Positions 19,650 to 20,000 of a stretch of DNA of 20,000 bases are shown piece by piece (within the stretch, counting starts at the first letter, position 1; each line of letters begins with the position of its first letter). The position numbers were made by a program, and so were the translations under genes. This DNA comes from Craspedostauros australis (taxonomy: Eukaryota), in assembly GCA_030167865.1 (NCBI GenBank), contig JALAGF010001205.1, forward strand, positions 106,242 through 126,241, given 5' to 3'. The notes under the pieces are model-generated. The model worked only from the letters and a program-made list of their open reading frames with translations. It ran no database searches and was not told the origin of the DNA.

Positions 19650-20000
19650 TGCTCGTAGAGTCGAGGAGAGGAGAGCATTCTCAAGACCTCCCACAAGCAC
19701 CAGTGCGAGCACGCCAAGCCGTCACCCATACGCTGTCGTCCACGATTTTCATGACCATCATAACACTCGATGCTGTGATACTCCATGCACACCCGCTTGG
19801 CGTTCCATCACACGCATACTTTCGTAAAGTGTCAGTGCGTATCTACGTATCTACAAGGAGCACCAGAGAACGAGGATGAGTGCACACGATCATGCCATAC
19901 TTAGAGCTCAGAGCGTGGTCCTTTCACAAACATGGGAACAGTACTGCAAAATCTCAATACAAACCTGGTGTGCAGCCAACGAGGCACGTTGCAGCGCAAC

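Noticed and set aside
1..20000. CRISPR array, transposon or prokaryote-style operon
   Set aside because: No repeat-spacer structure, transposase/RT ORF or terminal repeats; the genes are intron-containing, functionally unrelated and on mixed strands.

Overview
Gene-dense eukaryotic nuclear DNA with GT-AG introns of 170-337 nt. A bipartite signal-plus-transit presequence points to an alga with a secondary red plastid, most likely a diatom (inference). I can support nine protein-coding genes. (1) The 5' end of an MGNCTS-starting protein running off the left edge on the minus strand, absent from the ORF track. (2) A two-exon, double-length pseudo-dimeric tyrosyl-tRNA synthetase. (3) An uncharacterised protein with an Asn-rich tripeptide repeat and two putative zinc fingers. 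(4) Organellar ribosomal protein L17. (5) A PAC3/PSMG3-like proteasome assembly chaperone. (6) A class I sirtuin with an altered FGE motif. (7) A two-exon, plastid-targeted AAE15/Aas-like long-chain acyl-activating enzyme. (8) A DCTN3-like dynactin subunit. (9) A three-exon PP2C phosphatase. I saw no mobile element, CRISPR array or RNA gene. The window is mostly housekeeping, and I found no convincing novel multi-gene system. The best leads are the unknown zinc-finger/repeat protein, the pseudo-dimeric TyrRS and several protein-level oddities. All family assignments come from motif recognition by eye, not database searches.
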